A stretch of 64,000 nucleotides of DNA from Botryllus schlosseri (Eukaryota). Position 1 is the first letter of the stretch. Each line of letters opens with the position of its first letter. Under the pieces are notes generated by a model. It did no database searches. It was not told where the DNA came from and saw only the letters and a program-made list of their open reading frames with translations. The position numbers and the translations under genes are program-made. Positions 51,248 to 64,000 of the stretch are shown here, piece by piece. The stretch lies in contig CM119371.1 of assembly GCA_051294905.1 (NCBI GenBank), positions 27,220,001-27,284,000 of the forward strand, in the 5' to 3' direction.

Positions 51248-53648
51248 GTACAGACTTCCCCACGTTGCAAGAGTTATGTCAACTTTATCGACAGGCGAGT
51301 TCTCTGATGATAGTCCGTCCGGCGTAACATTTCGTGGAGTGTCGAATTGACAGTAAATTGTTGCAGGCATATCATTTTCAGTATAAACCGAAATGATCTA
51401 CAATTACATGCCAAACGATTGCAAATCGCGCTATGAGCGCAAAGCTATAATACGGGCTTGCATTCACGCTGCGATCGACAAACTTGCGTTAGTGAACCAC
51501 CGACAGATCTTCTCTGTGAGATTTCTTCAAGGATACGGTAGGCGTTCCTTACCGCTGCATCCGTCAACTGAGTTGTTGCGAAATCCACCATACTGAGAAC
51601 ACGACTTTATAGTGCTAGCCGGTACGTTAATAACTTTCAAGCTAAGAAAAGACCATGATAAAGTCCTCTACTGCAGTTGTTCTCGAATAGGAGGCGCACC
51701 ACCCTTGCGGGCTTGGACGAAGTTGAAGGTAGTGCGGAGCTTCGATCGACAGCCTTTTCATTGTGTGTAGATTCCTAATTTGATATTATAGAATTACCTC
51801 AGTCATAACCTCCAATGCCATCAAACTCTATGTTGCGATTGCTAGCATTCTGGAACCTTCCATACCATCAAATTATCCGTTGGAATCGCTAGCATTCTGG
51901 TTACATTTTCTGCGATACGACGATCAGCTGAGATCCACTGCTCTACCATAAGAACAGTACACGGCTTCATTTCGAGAGTACCATTACGTAAATTGCTATA
52001 CATTCCTTACAAACCCACAGCAATGCAAGGAACACTACTTGCTACCGACTCCGAGTACTTTAGTAAACCAGTCGATTCATGCCCTGCGACGCCTCAGTTC
52101 ATGTTTAAAAGGATCATGGTATAAAGCCTCATAGTATAAAAGCAGTACACGGTTTCATTGTAAAAAACAACAACGTAAATTGCTCGATTTCACACACTTT
52201 CACTGAATATGCGACATATACATTTTACCTATTATATAGCCGCCTAAAACGGATACATTAATAGTGCTCGAACAACATACAACGCAGACTGGTGCACAGC
52301 ATCCCCCACCTTCATCGAGATAACAGCGGGTTTCCAGTTGTTGCCCATTTGTATCGGCAGTATCCCCACATTCCCACTAAACCGCCAACAGCACAGAATC
52401 CTATTACCGTGAAGCCGACGAAATAGTAAACTATAATCGGACATCTTTGCTGAGGCGGAGTCCCCGGTTCTATTTGCGGATCCCCGGGATATTCTGGCCC
52501 GTAGCATTGGGTATGCAAAATGTAGATCATTGATCCAATGGCAGACGCGAATAACATCAGGAAGAAGGTACCGCAATAGAGCGAGTGCTCTGAAAAAGAC
52601 ACAAAAACTACGCCATTACTAAACAACGAAGTTTTAATAGCGTCGTCCATCGAGAGAAACATTAGACCAAGATGATTATGGTGAGGGATTATAAATATCG
52701 AGAAGCAGATGTATCAGTGCTACTGCGGGAATGAGTAAAACTATAGGTTGTAAACGTGTACCTAATTGCAAGCATTGTGAGTAAAATTTTGGATAACCTG
52801 TGAAATTAGAAATTGAAACTTCGAAAACTACTGAAGCAAGTAATTTACAGTATTAGACTTGGAAGACAGGTCACATACTACATGTCATTACAAGCGGTGG
52901 TACAGGGTGGCTACTTCTGATATTGCAGGATGCATCTTCCACCGACGAAAAATGGCTATAGGAAGAGGTCGACATACGTAGTCAGCGTTGCCATTTACCC
53001 GAGAGTGTAACTGATGCTGTACCAGTTCTTGTTACCTTCAGAGGTGGTGAGCAACTTGTTACTTATAACGGAGAACAGAAGTTGCTTTTTCCCACTTGTA
53101 CTGCTCACTCAAAGTGTTTTAATCAATACTACTTCCACTTAGACGTGACCAGGTTTAGCTTTTACATCATTTTGTTCTTGGGAAGTTATTTTAAATGGAA
53201 TTATCATAGGAATCCTGCGAAACAGCGCCTGTATCACGATAACTTGAAGTAAGTCCGTAGGTCCCGCCTATTTGTAGTTCCATTAATAATTTTGTGTTTG
53301 TCACGATGATGTACCCTGCTATCTCGAGAAGTAGCTCATTCCGACAAACTGCGACAAAAATGGAACCTTCCGATCAGATCATCTTTTTTTAAACCATCTA
53401 CTTGGACACTTTTAAATTCGTCATTTTCCATTTACACTCGATGTAGGTTGAACATGCCTACGGCTCTACTTCTGAAAATGCAGTAGATATTACTGGTGTT
53501 ATCTATGGTTATACCGGACGAAGACTACTGGTTCCTGTTTGTGATCACTGATCCGTACTTATATTTTTCAGTACTCGAAAGGACGTAGAACTAACGGCGA
53601 CAAATTCAAGTCGACGAGTACCGACATCGCTCAATTGACCGTCTCTGG

Positions 53649-54189
53649 TTACAATGACGCTAAAATTGACCGAGCTTGATAACAGCGAAGTGACCAACTC
53701 TCAAATTCGGCTTACTTGCTTTTCTCCGGTCACGTTCAAGAATTATCGTATTCCGTCTTCGCCCTCGCCCTGGCCTTTCCGCTGGTAGCTGATTCGCGGG
53801 TGATTGCGATTCCATAAGCCGATAATGCCGTTCGCTTGGTCGGGAGTTCATCGGTAGGTCGCTTCGTCTGTCACCAAGCATCAACCCACCAGATGAATCC
53901 TCGTCGGAATTGATGCCGTCATTATTTGAAGGAGTCGTGTTTCTGCTGAGGCTACGACCATGTTCGAATATCTCATCAACTAGAGCCTCTTCTTCCTGCT
54001 GAATCCGCAACTCTTCAGGGGTGGGTTCGCGCCTATGTCTCCGGTGCCGCTTTGCGCTTTTGCTGCGGGCCGCTGATTGCAGACCGCATCCTGGTGTTCC
54101 CACTTCGCTAGAGGATTGAAATTGCTCCGGATATCTAAGAGTCAAAGTCGGAGATCCACGAGGATCGCTTGGCACTTGATACAGAACAG
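53649..54189 (-). CDS. Likely 3'-terminal exons (54189-53716, 53659-53649) encoding a disordered cytoplasmic tail
   Basis: Acceptor CTTACAG|CTGTTCTG gives (A)VLYQVPSD...EPTPEELRIQQEEEALVDEIFEHG...RDRRKA. A 56-nt GTAAGC...TTTTAG intron then gives the terminus ...KATSL*. About 470 nt open and GC-richer than the flanks. Confidence 0.55.
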
Positions 54190-56009
54190 CTGTAAGTACA
54201 TACACCATAAAACAGGCTACTATCATTTGGGAATGACGCAGCAAGTAGGACTCTGAATACCGTGTGCAGTCATGAGTAATTTAATTTTAGACACAGAATG
54301 GCCAAAATTAAGTGGAGCTTATTGTGATGACAACGCCCTTTTTTACCTATAAACGGAAGATTTCGCCAAAAAATCACAACTTTGAAATCTTTGATCGTGA
54401 AAAAGCTAATTTTGACCATATTTTGAACTCGCGAATGCAAATTATGTGTTTTCGCTCATAATGTTAAGATTGTACTACTCATCTTCATTTCTGGTTGAAA
54501 CTATCTTTCCTTACGAAGACATTTGGCCGGACTTGAAAACAAACATGGAAAAACTTTATTTCAACGAAATCTGGCCCTGTGAAGAATTCCGGTGGTTAGG
54601 CCTAGCATGCGCTTCTTGATATACGAACGATGCAATGGCCAAGCAGTCTTGCTTCAGTTAGGGTATTGCGGTACGTTGACCATAACACCATGGCAGCCTA
54701 TTTGTTCCGTTCGACCGTTTATGATTCACAATAAGCAGTCAATCAGCCGTCTACAATGGTAGGCCTATAAAGTAAGCTGCAAAATATCAAATTATAAGTT
54801 CACCCACTGCCCGAAATCTACGATACAAACGAAATCAGGAGTTAAAAGAAATTTTATTAGTAAACAATTTCGACATTTTATTAGTAAACAATTTCGACAA
54901 GTTTTTTGACACAAAGTTACAATTTTCAACTCATTTTGACCTGTGAAAAAACAAAATCGCCCTAGTAATGACCTTACAATCGTCGCTTTCTGAAATTTTG
55001 GGAATACGTGCATCTTTCCGCCAAACTTGGAATGGGACAGTTTTTATATATTACATTTTTGAAATTTATATTTTGGAAAGTATTAAGTAGCTACAATTTT
55101 AGCGAAATGATGGTGTATCCCCACCCATGGGGCCAAAAATGGAAGGTACACGAAAATGTATCCAACTATGAATTACATCGCGGCCACAAGTGCTACACGT
55201 GCTTGCGGGCTTACCTTCCTGCATTGCTACGTGCATGCATATTTGGATAAAATTGTTGTACTCGATTCATACCGCGTATAAGTCCCGAGGTAGGTTTTGG
55301 TTTCGTATGTCATGGATGTATATTCACACTCGTAGGCCAATACCAGGGGTGATACACGGGACTGTACAACACAAGTGTATATCATTTTCATTGGTGGGAT
55401 TGCCATACACCAAAAACATACCACTGAAATGGCCCCGTTATCACGATATGCTTGAAGGCTAAGCCCATTAGTGATGTTATTATTCGCTTTGCTTTGGTCG
55501 CGAAGATACAAACCGCGATAGCGAAGGTAGCTGTATCCTATATACTGAAAAATGAGCGCGTCCAGTTGAGCAAATGCACTATTTGTTAATTTCAACACCT
55601 TTCAATGGTATTCTACTTCCAAAGTATGAAATTAAAATCTTGGCAGTACAATGTAACCACCTCAATCAGCCCTTCAAGTACGAAGATCGGCATTGTTCGA
55701 ACAATGGCATCGCCGCAACACAACGAACATAAGAATGGATAATTTCGTCAAGTGATGGAACATCGCCGATTTTCAGATTTTAAGGGCTGTTTTGAGGTGG
55801 TTCCATTGGCCTGATAAGATTTCAATTTGTGTTTTCGGAATCAGTAGGCTACGACACTACCTTTTGATTAAAGCCAGTTCTATCAAATTTCAGTTCTCGG
55901 GTCGACAGCTATAGCATTACCAAGTGGGCTGCTTTTATATTGCACAGCAGCAAGAGATACTGCTTACCCAAGCGTAACGACGGGTTTTGCGAGAATTGTA
56001 CCTCTACCC

Positions 56010-58222
56010 GTATATCTCAGTAATCTACCGTCACACGTTGTTCGGTTACGGTGCCGATTATTACTGTTCTGCCTCGAGACCGGCCCGGTTGCTAACACAG
56101 ATCACTCAACTATTCTGACCTGGTGCAAATGTCTCCATGTCATCAGCGTGGGTGCGTAGGCCTACTGCACTTGATCTGTCATCTCTTGAACTGCACGGGA
56201 GTTTGGGAATTTCAGGGAGTTTGCGTCGTGTCCGTCCAGGAGCACGCTGGTCATCATGTCCTTTGCAGACATGGAAATTGAACGCATTTCATATATCGGA
56301 CAAGTAAAAGCAAGAGACATGGATAATATATCGATACGATATATGTGACTTATGTAGCCTAATACGTGGTTCTGTTACATAGCGAATCTAGTCAATCTTG
56401 TCAATTCACTCATGTTGTTTAATTAGAACTCCCGACATGGTTCACATTTCTTCCCATTACATATTATACCAAGGCTGCAGATGGCAATTGCGTCAAATAT
56501 TTATATTAACATTAATTTCCCAAGCCCACTTTATTTAGATTCACACCCGATATATCACGTTGAAAATTTCGTTGGTATTGCAGTGACTCAAACAAGAAAG
56601 CCTCGACTCAGTTTCAATGATATGCGAATGGTGATGGAGCATGGAGGCAGTGAAAGACGGAGTTCAGGACATAAGTTAAGTAAATGTATATACAGATTAA
56701 ATATATCTAAACACTAGAACCGATATAGCGATTACCAGATTGTTTTGCGATTAGAAAAAGGCATTCAAGACCTACAAGACGGAAGGACGTGTGCGCCTAT
56801 CTGCATTTCAAGCCAAAATAGACATTGCACTCTTCAATTCAACATTAGAATAATCACAGCGATTTGCCGGAATTACTCGACAAGTTATCCAGAAAAAAAT
56901 GTTCGTGACGCAACCACATATTTTGGAAAGTCACCATGTATAGATTATAATTGACCCTCGTGTGGAAATTATAGACTATCCGCCTATTCCTGGCGTCAAT
57001 CATGCTATAGATAAAACCAAATACATCGAATATGATTATATTCGACATGGCGATTGACGAATATAGCAATATACTCACCTGCGTGTTCCATTTCTCCGCA
57101 AGGAATCGAAAATCTCACCGACTTCGATTGCTCCTGGAGATCTATTGTGTTAATGCCGGGAAACATTAGCGGTATTTTCCTCCACTCTGAATATAGAAGA
57201 GTTGGAGCTGTCAAATTGAGCTTTTCGAGCACAAGCGAAACAACCCACACAGAGCAAGCATGATGTAGCATCATACCATGGTTTGATGCTTACAGTCGCT
57301 GTGTAAATCATTGCGTGCCGTAGAGCGTGTGCTACACAGGGCAGCAGTACTACTAATATAACGGCAGCCTCATTATTGCCCACATCTGACGCTTTATTTC
57401 TGTGAATGGCCGCCAGGTTCAGTCAGTGAAATGAAACAACTATTTCGAGCTGCATCATATAATGGTAGAACCCGCATATCATCTGTCCAATATGTTACAA
57501 GAGGATCGCTAGTCAATATTCAAAATTCCACTATGGTGATGGCTCCGGTAGCATGAAGTACCCCGCGGCTTCAAAGGCTGTGCATCCACGGGTTAGAGTG
57601 CTAATTTATAAGGCAACAAAATTCATTTTACCTTCCTCGGAACTATGGCTGTCACTCTCACGCGCCTTCGCTCCATCTGGAGAAGGAATCCGTTTCTCTG
57701 CCATGTCACGAACACTCAACCACCCTTTTCCAGCTTAAAAGAAGCTATAGTTTGTCGTTCGTGTTTGATAAAATCCTTAAAAACCTTCTAAACAAAAGCA
57801 ATTTACTTTACACATCGATAGACGGGTACAGCCACACACGCAACGAAGGAATTCACCTGAAATAAGGCTAAATCGTCTCTTCATCAATCGTTGCAACCGT
57901 CTCGTGTAAAAACGCCATAATCACCATCTGTATAAGCTGATTACACCCGCACACTAATTACAAATCAATCCGGCAGACAGCTCCAATGAGTATATGGGCG
58001 ATGCAGGAATTAATTCTGTAACGCTCCCGGATTTGTAGGTGGTGTAAATATACCCGAATGATTTTCAATTTTGTGGAGTGGAATTCTAACAACATGTTCG
58101 ATGCGAACACGCGGCTCAACCACTGCCACTGGATCTCCAAAGCGTGAATTGAAAAGTGATGTCCGAGAGCGAGATCGCATCGAACTGTCAATCAAAATCA
58201 CTTCACCAACCATGCCAATAAT
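56010..58222 (-). pseudogene. Decayed upstream exons, probably of the same gene; weak THSD1-like ectodomain motifs
   Basis: Fragments VRFSIPCGEMEHAG|gtgagt (donor 57078), TRGCTAFEAAGYF, HVVRIPLH...NPGA/YRIN (frameshift) and RAPGRTRRKLPEIPKLP...FAP|gtcag. Multiple stops. The THSD1 resemblance is from recall of motifs only. Confidence 0.3.
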
Positions 58223-58737
58223 TAGGCCTGGGCACAATGACACGGGTACTCGGATCCGAATCTAGTATTAATTTTAATGCTTCGAGTTGAGTGGTAAAAT
58301 AAGATTTTTCCGAGTACTGAAATTTTGACCTCCTCGCCACTGAAAGTTAATTTATCCACGAGAATTATAGTTTTGATACTAATTTCCAATTTGGAAGGCT
58401 TAAAACCCTGATTGGCTGTTTCGAAAAGTACGAAACATAGTACAAAGCTGCCAACGTTTGGGGAAATAACATATTTCCGAAGTCATAATCATCCCATAAC
58501 CTTGTCACGAGGTGCAATAAAGTCGGTGTGGTCGAAAAAATAACAAAGCATCTCTAATGGGATGGATAACATGCATTATATTCTTTGTGGTGTCATAAAA
58601 GATACATATTTGAACTGTGACATATTTTATTCTGTTATGACGTCATAATGTGTGATACTCGAATACTCGACTCGACTCGAAGCATAGTGCGTGATTCAAA
58701 ATCGAATCACTCAGATATTTAATTTCGCCCAGCGATA
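58223..58737. mobile_element. Degenerate hAT Ac-like MITE
   Basis: TAGGCCTGGGC start, GCCCAGCGATA end, TACTCG subterminal repeats, partial TSD CCAAT. Confidence 0.5.
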
Positions 58738-58825
58738 CCAATGTGTAGCGATGACAATATTTTGTTATGCTGTTGTTAGAACAGGTTGTGTGCGATGGGT
58801 GTGCAACTGTGCATCGGGATTGCAA

Positions 58826-59762
58826 CAGTGTAGGGATCAAGTCACTACCTTCAAGTCACGAGTCATTTCGAGTCATTGCACATTTTGACTCGAGTCAAGT
58901 CAAGTCAATCGATTTTCAAAGGTGACTCGAGTCAAGTCAAGTCACTCTATTTTTGGAGGTGACTTGAGTCAAGTCAAGTCAAGTCACGAGTCAAGTCACA
59001 TTTCAAGTCAATTTGCCCTTTCGAAGTATGTATGATGCATGATTACGTCATTGCAATTTGCTAGCTGTCCGAAATACAGTCTGAACGGTCATTGATTCCG
59101 AAACGATGAACGAAAATAGAGCTAAATATACACGCAAGAAGGCGCTGTATTGCTCACATATACGCAGAACTGTCAAGCTACGTAATTGCATAGCTTCAGC
59201 CTCAGTTTATAGTTACCAGCCAAAATATAGAAACGAATTGATAAGATACAATACATTACCCATTTTCAAATAGATATGATACCATTCGAGCCTGCGCCAA
59301 TGATTGAGGACTTTATAAATTATATTTTACTTCAATTTCAATAAAACAAGAGGTTTGGTAAAGGCACGAACAGAGAACAGAAATATACATTTTGCTGTTC
59401 TATTACTTTACTTTTAGAGTTACGACAACGTAAGCTGTAAGCTTCGTGTGCGGTCAATTTATTTGTGAGAAAACAGTCGAGGCTCAATGAAACACACGGT
59501 CATTAAATGATTGGTCGCTCTCACGGGTTACGCAAGCGTTTCGAGAACAATCTGAACATATGTAAGATACAGTGATTTTTATCGACAACAATTACTTGAT
59601 GACTTGAAATTGACTCGTGAATTTTGCTCCGAGTCACGAGTCAATCCACATTTCTGATACGCCGAGTCAAGTCAAGTCAAGTCATTTTAGCAAAGTGACT
59701 CGAGTCAAGTCAAGTCATGCGAAAAAGGTGACTCGAGTCTGACTCGAGTCATCCCAACACTG
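58826..59762. mobile_element. hAT MITE with GAGTCAAGTC subterminal repeats
   Basis: TIR CAGTGT(A/T)GGGAT; TSD GATTGCAA/GATCGCAA. Confidence 0.88.
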
Positions 59763-60081
59763 GATCGCAATGCCGTACAATGTTCATATCAGCTGTACGC
59801 AGTTAGTAAATTACATTTCTTTTGTAGTGTCATAAGCAAATGTTTATCCATATCATGTAACCATTGGTATTCGACTTAAGCTTATAAATAGCCCAGTGCA
59901 CATATAATTGCATGGCGTGTAGACGCCAGGTTTAGGGGGTCGAGTTTGCGAACCATATACTTATTTAGATTGTGGTCCCGCAACCTTAAGCCTAAACCAA
60001 CCTCGAGCCATGATTGATGTTTAGGATTTAGCATTCATTTCCTATACGCTGCAGCCTCGCTCATCCTTATTCCGATTAGGC

Positions 60082-61306
60082 CAGGGGTGGACAACCTTCA
60101 AACAGTCGCATGCAGCCTCAAAACAATAACTACATTATTAAATTAGCGTGTGCTGGCGGCCGTCAATATGGAATTTGAATGAATGAATTGGTTTGAAACT
60201 ATTTGAGAGATTTTTCTTCACGCTTAGCGCGTTTCACGGTGACTTTGATTTTCGTTTTTAATATAATATAGTTTCCTCTCAATCTGAGCCTCACCATACA
60301 AATGCGAACCGCAGAGGGAAACGATACTCCTCATGAAGAAATACCAAGTTAGAATCGTGCTTATCTCTCGAATGAAGGTTTTCTCGGAACAATTGGGCGA
60401 TTTGTGATATATTTTGACTATACCGACAATCCTGATGGGACGTCAGGCAGTAACAATATGCAACAAAGTGAGTACTTGAAACCGAAAGATGAATCATCAA
60501 TATAATTTTGCGCCAATTTTTTTCTAAAACTCCCCGTTCATTAGCTATACCGGTTGATATGATCACGTGAGCTGAGAATGGATAAACATATGACAGTAAT
60601 ATGTGACACTACCAATAATAACGACGAAATTTCTTAACGAGGTTAAGAAAATTTTCGCGCACCTCGCGACTAGAAACTGAATCCCAACAACTTTTCCTAG
60701 GAAAGGAAAGAAAAGTACGTAGTTTATTTTTGTTCTTGATGTTTTGCGGCATATAACACCGACTCATGATACACACACGCACACAGACGACCTGTGCATA
60801 TGCATTGTGCATATTGCATACCATGACTGAATGGTGTGAATATGCCTCCGGACACGACAGGCGCAGATATAGCCTTTGACTGCTTTCTAAGTCTTGCGCC
60901 ACCCCTCCATGCTATCCCAATAATGCATGAGCGCCAAGTGGGGAAGACATATAGATACCAGTGTTACTAATCACGTCTTTGGTCTGACCCGGCCGGGGAT
61001 CGAACCCACAACCTACCGATCAAGAAGCCGGACGCTTCACCATTTCGCTATCTTGTCAGTATTCTCGCGATTTTGGTGCATATATGTCAGCGGGGACGTT
61101 CTGCTTCCACGATAATAAGCCTTTGTACGCAAGTTATCTCTCAAGAAATCAATGATGGCATCGAGAGTTCCCGGTAGCCAGTTTAACTTGAGTATTTGTC
61201 GTCTAGGTGGGTCATGAGGACTATCCGTCTGAATGTGGCCCTACGCTATTCATGTAATCGAAATACGGCCGTGTATTGCATCAAAGTTGAATAGTGAGCA
61301 CCCTTG
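60082..61306. mobile_element. Degenerate hAT Charlie-like element
   Basis: CAGGGGTGGACAAC start, GAGCACCCTTG end, TSD GATTAGGC/GATAAGGC. Confidence 0.7.
60880..61050 (+). mobile_element. Probable 3' tail of an L2/CR1-clade LINE or associated SINE
   Basis: GTCTTTGGTCTGACCCGGCCGGGGATCGAACCCACAACCTACC...CACCATT resembles conserved retroposon tails. Confidence 0.5.
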
Positions 61307-61770
61307 GATAAGGCTTACTTTGTAATCGCTGTGTTATGTGATTAGGGGTGTACGAGTTTTGAGTAAACGTTAAAAGCGTGCACCACGACGAAAAAGGTTG
61401 AAGAGCACGGGTCTACATCACAATTTTTCATCATGCGCTTCTTGGTATAAGAAGCAATACCCACGCAGCCTTGCTTCGGTTAGGATATTGCGGTATATAC
61501 GTTGCGCATATCACAAGGTCGACCTTTTTCTTTCATCTGATCGTTTATGATTCACAATGAGCAGACAATGAGCCGTCTATAACGGTAGGCCTGTAAGGTA
61601 GGCTACAAGCGGTGAAATGTCAGATGATAAGTTAAATGACAGTGCAAACATCTACAATAAAACGAAATGCAGGCTGGAAAATAATTTGACTTTATAAACA
61701 ATTTTGACACTTTTTGACCTAACGCTACAATTTTGACAATATTTTGACATGTCAAAAAATCGCCCTAGTG

Positions 61771-63363
61771 TAGGAGCGGGCAACATACGGCCCGCGGGCA
61801 GTTTTTCGTCTCACATGATAATGTGGCCCGCCGGCCCCAGTTTCCGAGATTCCCCGCTACTTGCTTACAATACATACATCAAATTTTAGTGACTGTATGT
61901 TATTATACTCATGAATGCGCGCTGCGCAGCGAGCGAGGGTATCGAGCTTACGCGTAAGTTCGTCGAGGCGAGAAGACTTGCATGATCGGCATTCATGATG
62001 TACTGAACCCTAATGTCATTTGTGGTAATCATGGTGTTTGTCGACGACAATCGTCATTTACACCAGGCCGATATTTCTTATTTTTGATTCCGTAACCGTC
62101 GACTTGTAGCACGGCGCACACTTCTAGGCTTTTGCAAGACACCGCTTATGCCAGGTATCGCCAAGTGCAAACGGGTCGCGGACTACTTTCAAATTTCGAG
62201 GCCGCGGTCCGCATGAATTCAATATCGAGATAGCGTGGTTGTTAAACTGTGTGACCTGTCTATCTCGTCACCTACTAAACCCTAATGCCTTGATATCTTG
62301 GTAAATTTTGGGTACCTGGTTTATCGAACGCCTTGAAATCTTAATGAAGGATTGCACCGTGTGTTGATTGATCAGAGAGAAGCAGACATGGTGGTGCCTG
62401 TATGACAGGGGTGGCGAACCTGCGGCCGTAGAAGCAAATTTGTGGGGCCATGGACACGTAATTCGATTAGTATGTGTTGAAATCCGTCGACATGGAATTT
62501 GAATTTACGAATTTACTCCCGGTATCTTGGAAGATTTTAATTATTATTGAAATTTTCTTTGCGCCGCGAGCGTTTAAATTCGACTTCATTTTTCGATTTA
62601 AATATAGTTGCGCACTTTGCAATCAGAGCCCCACAACACAGTTGCGAACAGAAGAGAAAAATGATGCACCTCATATAGAAATACCAACTCGGAATCGCGT
62701 GCTCCTCACTATACTGAAAATCCTGACGGGAGGTCAAGAAATGCAATGAACAGCATGCAACAAAGTGACTCATAATAATTGGCCAGCCCGAAGATGCATC
62801 ATCATTCATAACCTGCCCTATATTTTCGAAAATAGCTCTCCCTCTACTCTACAGGTGAGTCTGATCACATGGGATGAGAAATAATATGTAAAACTACTAA
62901 TTTTAATGACGAAATTCATGAATGAATCTGAAAAAGTTATCGCGCTTGGCGCGACTATGAACAGCTTACATTATGTAATGGATTTGTACGGAGTTCACTG
63001 GAAATAGACATAGACACTTTAACACGAGTATTTGGCGTCCTGCCAGTCTAGTTCATTACAACTATGCCCTGGAATGCGGCTGTAGGCTATATGAGTTGTT
63101 GAAATGCGGCCTTGACTGGCAAAAAGGTTGGCAACCCCTGCTGTATGACCATGCTGTTCTTAAATCCACACTGTCTTCGTCATTATTGGCGAGAAATGGC
63201 TTTGAAGTTGCATTGCTGTCGTTAAAATACATTCAATAAATACGATTTATTCCTTGTATTTGTGGATAAATGGGCGAATAATGTGTCGATTCAGCAATCC
63301 GGCCCGCCAAGTACTTAATTTTCCTATATCCGGCACGACGACTGGAGAAGTTGCCCGCCCCTG
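61771..63363. mobile_element. hAT Charlie-like MITE (inverted relative of 46920-48497)
   Basis: Ends TAGGAGCGGGCAAC / GTTGCCCGCCCCTG; perfect TSD CCCTAGTG. A homologous empty site lies at ~54958-54967. Confidence 0.9.
62406..63140. mobile_element. hAT MITE nested in 61771-63363 (same family as 47252-47979)
   Basis: Ends CAGGGGTGGCGAACC / GGTTGGCAACCCCTG; perfect TSD CTGTATGA. Confidence 0.9.
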
Positions 63364-64000
63364 CCCTAGTGCTTAGAGAAGAGAACTTAAGACGGAAAGT
63401 GCGATGTGCTTGAAACATATCCGGAATGGCGTGTGACTATATACCTTCTAGGCCAGAACTGACCCAAAATGATGAATGGCATTACATATGTAGGCTATAT
63501 AGCTGCAAGTTACTAATATAAAATCATTTATCGTTGTACAGGGGGTACTTTACTCAGTTGCGGGGACAAATTCACTCATAATGGTGATCCAAGCTAACAC
63601 ACCAAACGTATTTCCTACTTTACATAATCAGAGTAAAAAATAGGCGGTTTTGACTCGATAACCGTAGTAAGAGCGGGAGTGGCCTTAAAACCTAACCCAG
63701 TAAAAAAGCAAAACCTGCATGACCACTACGAACAAGTGATAGTCTGTCGCTGCTGACTTCATCTGTGAATATCTCTCGATTTCACTGACATGTGGAAGGC
63801 TGGTGGTGAGAGGAACATTCGAATAATAATCCATGTGTATTATTCGAAACGTTCTAAATCGATCTCCTGTCTCGTCCCGTGTACGCCTGCGATCACAAGG
63901 GTTACCATATTTTAGAAATCTGAACCTGACTTTTTATTTAACCTAATTTAAACCCTAATTTACCCAAAATTATGAAAAAATAGGACGAATTCTCTTTGGA

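Larger units (their letters stand above)
46090..52780 (-). pseudogene. One full and one partial copy of the decayed ORF module, interrupted by MITEs
   Basis: Segment order repeats: 46250-46919 plus 48498-48790 recurs at ~51590-52780. Fragments 46120-46314 and 51255-51370 translate like the other copies. Confidence 0.5.

Noticed and set aside
53660..54244. 194-aa ORF read as a secreted prepropeptide (hydrophobic IVACFMVYVLTAVL, dibasic sites)
   Set aside because: The hydrophobic stretch coincides with a T-rich intron end (…GTACTTACAG), and the stop codon is the AG of another short intron. An internal cytoplasmic exon fits better, though the alternative is not fully excluded.
60985..61050. tRNA gene (reverse B-box-like GGGATCGAACCC)
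   Set aside because: No convincing cloverleaf; it matches a retroposon tail.

Overview
AT-rich eukaryotic DNA. Many 56-76 nt introns and dense hAT-type MITEs suggest a marine invertebrate, possibly an ascidian (inference only). The window holds a tandem array of three minus-strand secreted fibrinogen-related-domain (FReD) genes. Copy 1 starts at 730 and runs off the left edge, copy 2 spans 27724-23619 (325 aa) and copy 3 spans 45560-40164 (290 aa); the two complete copies have five coding exons. Each encodes a conserved signal peptide, a hypervariable 27-61 aa peptide, a conserved linker ending DRKI(E/K)K, and the FReD. The neighbouring introns are far more conserved than the peptide core, and the C-terminal ligand-binding loops are also hypervariable. 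The spacers consist of tandem copies of a ~3 kb decayed, apparently intronless ORF of unknown identity, interrupted by about 20 often nested non-autonomous DNA transposons, most with 8-bp TSDs. A partly decayed multi-exon gene lies on the minus strand at ~53650-58220. I found no intact transposase, RNA gene or CRISPR array. All alignments and translations were done by eye.
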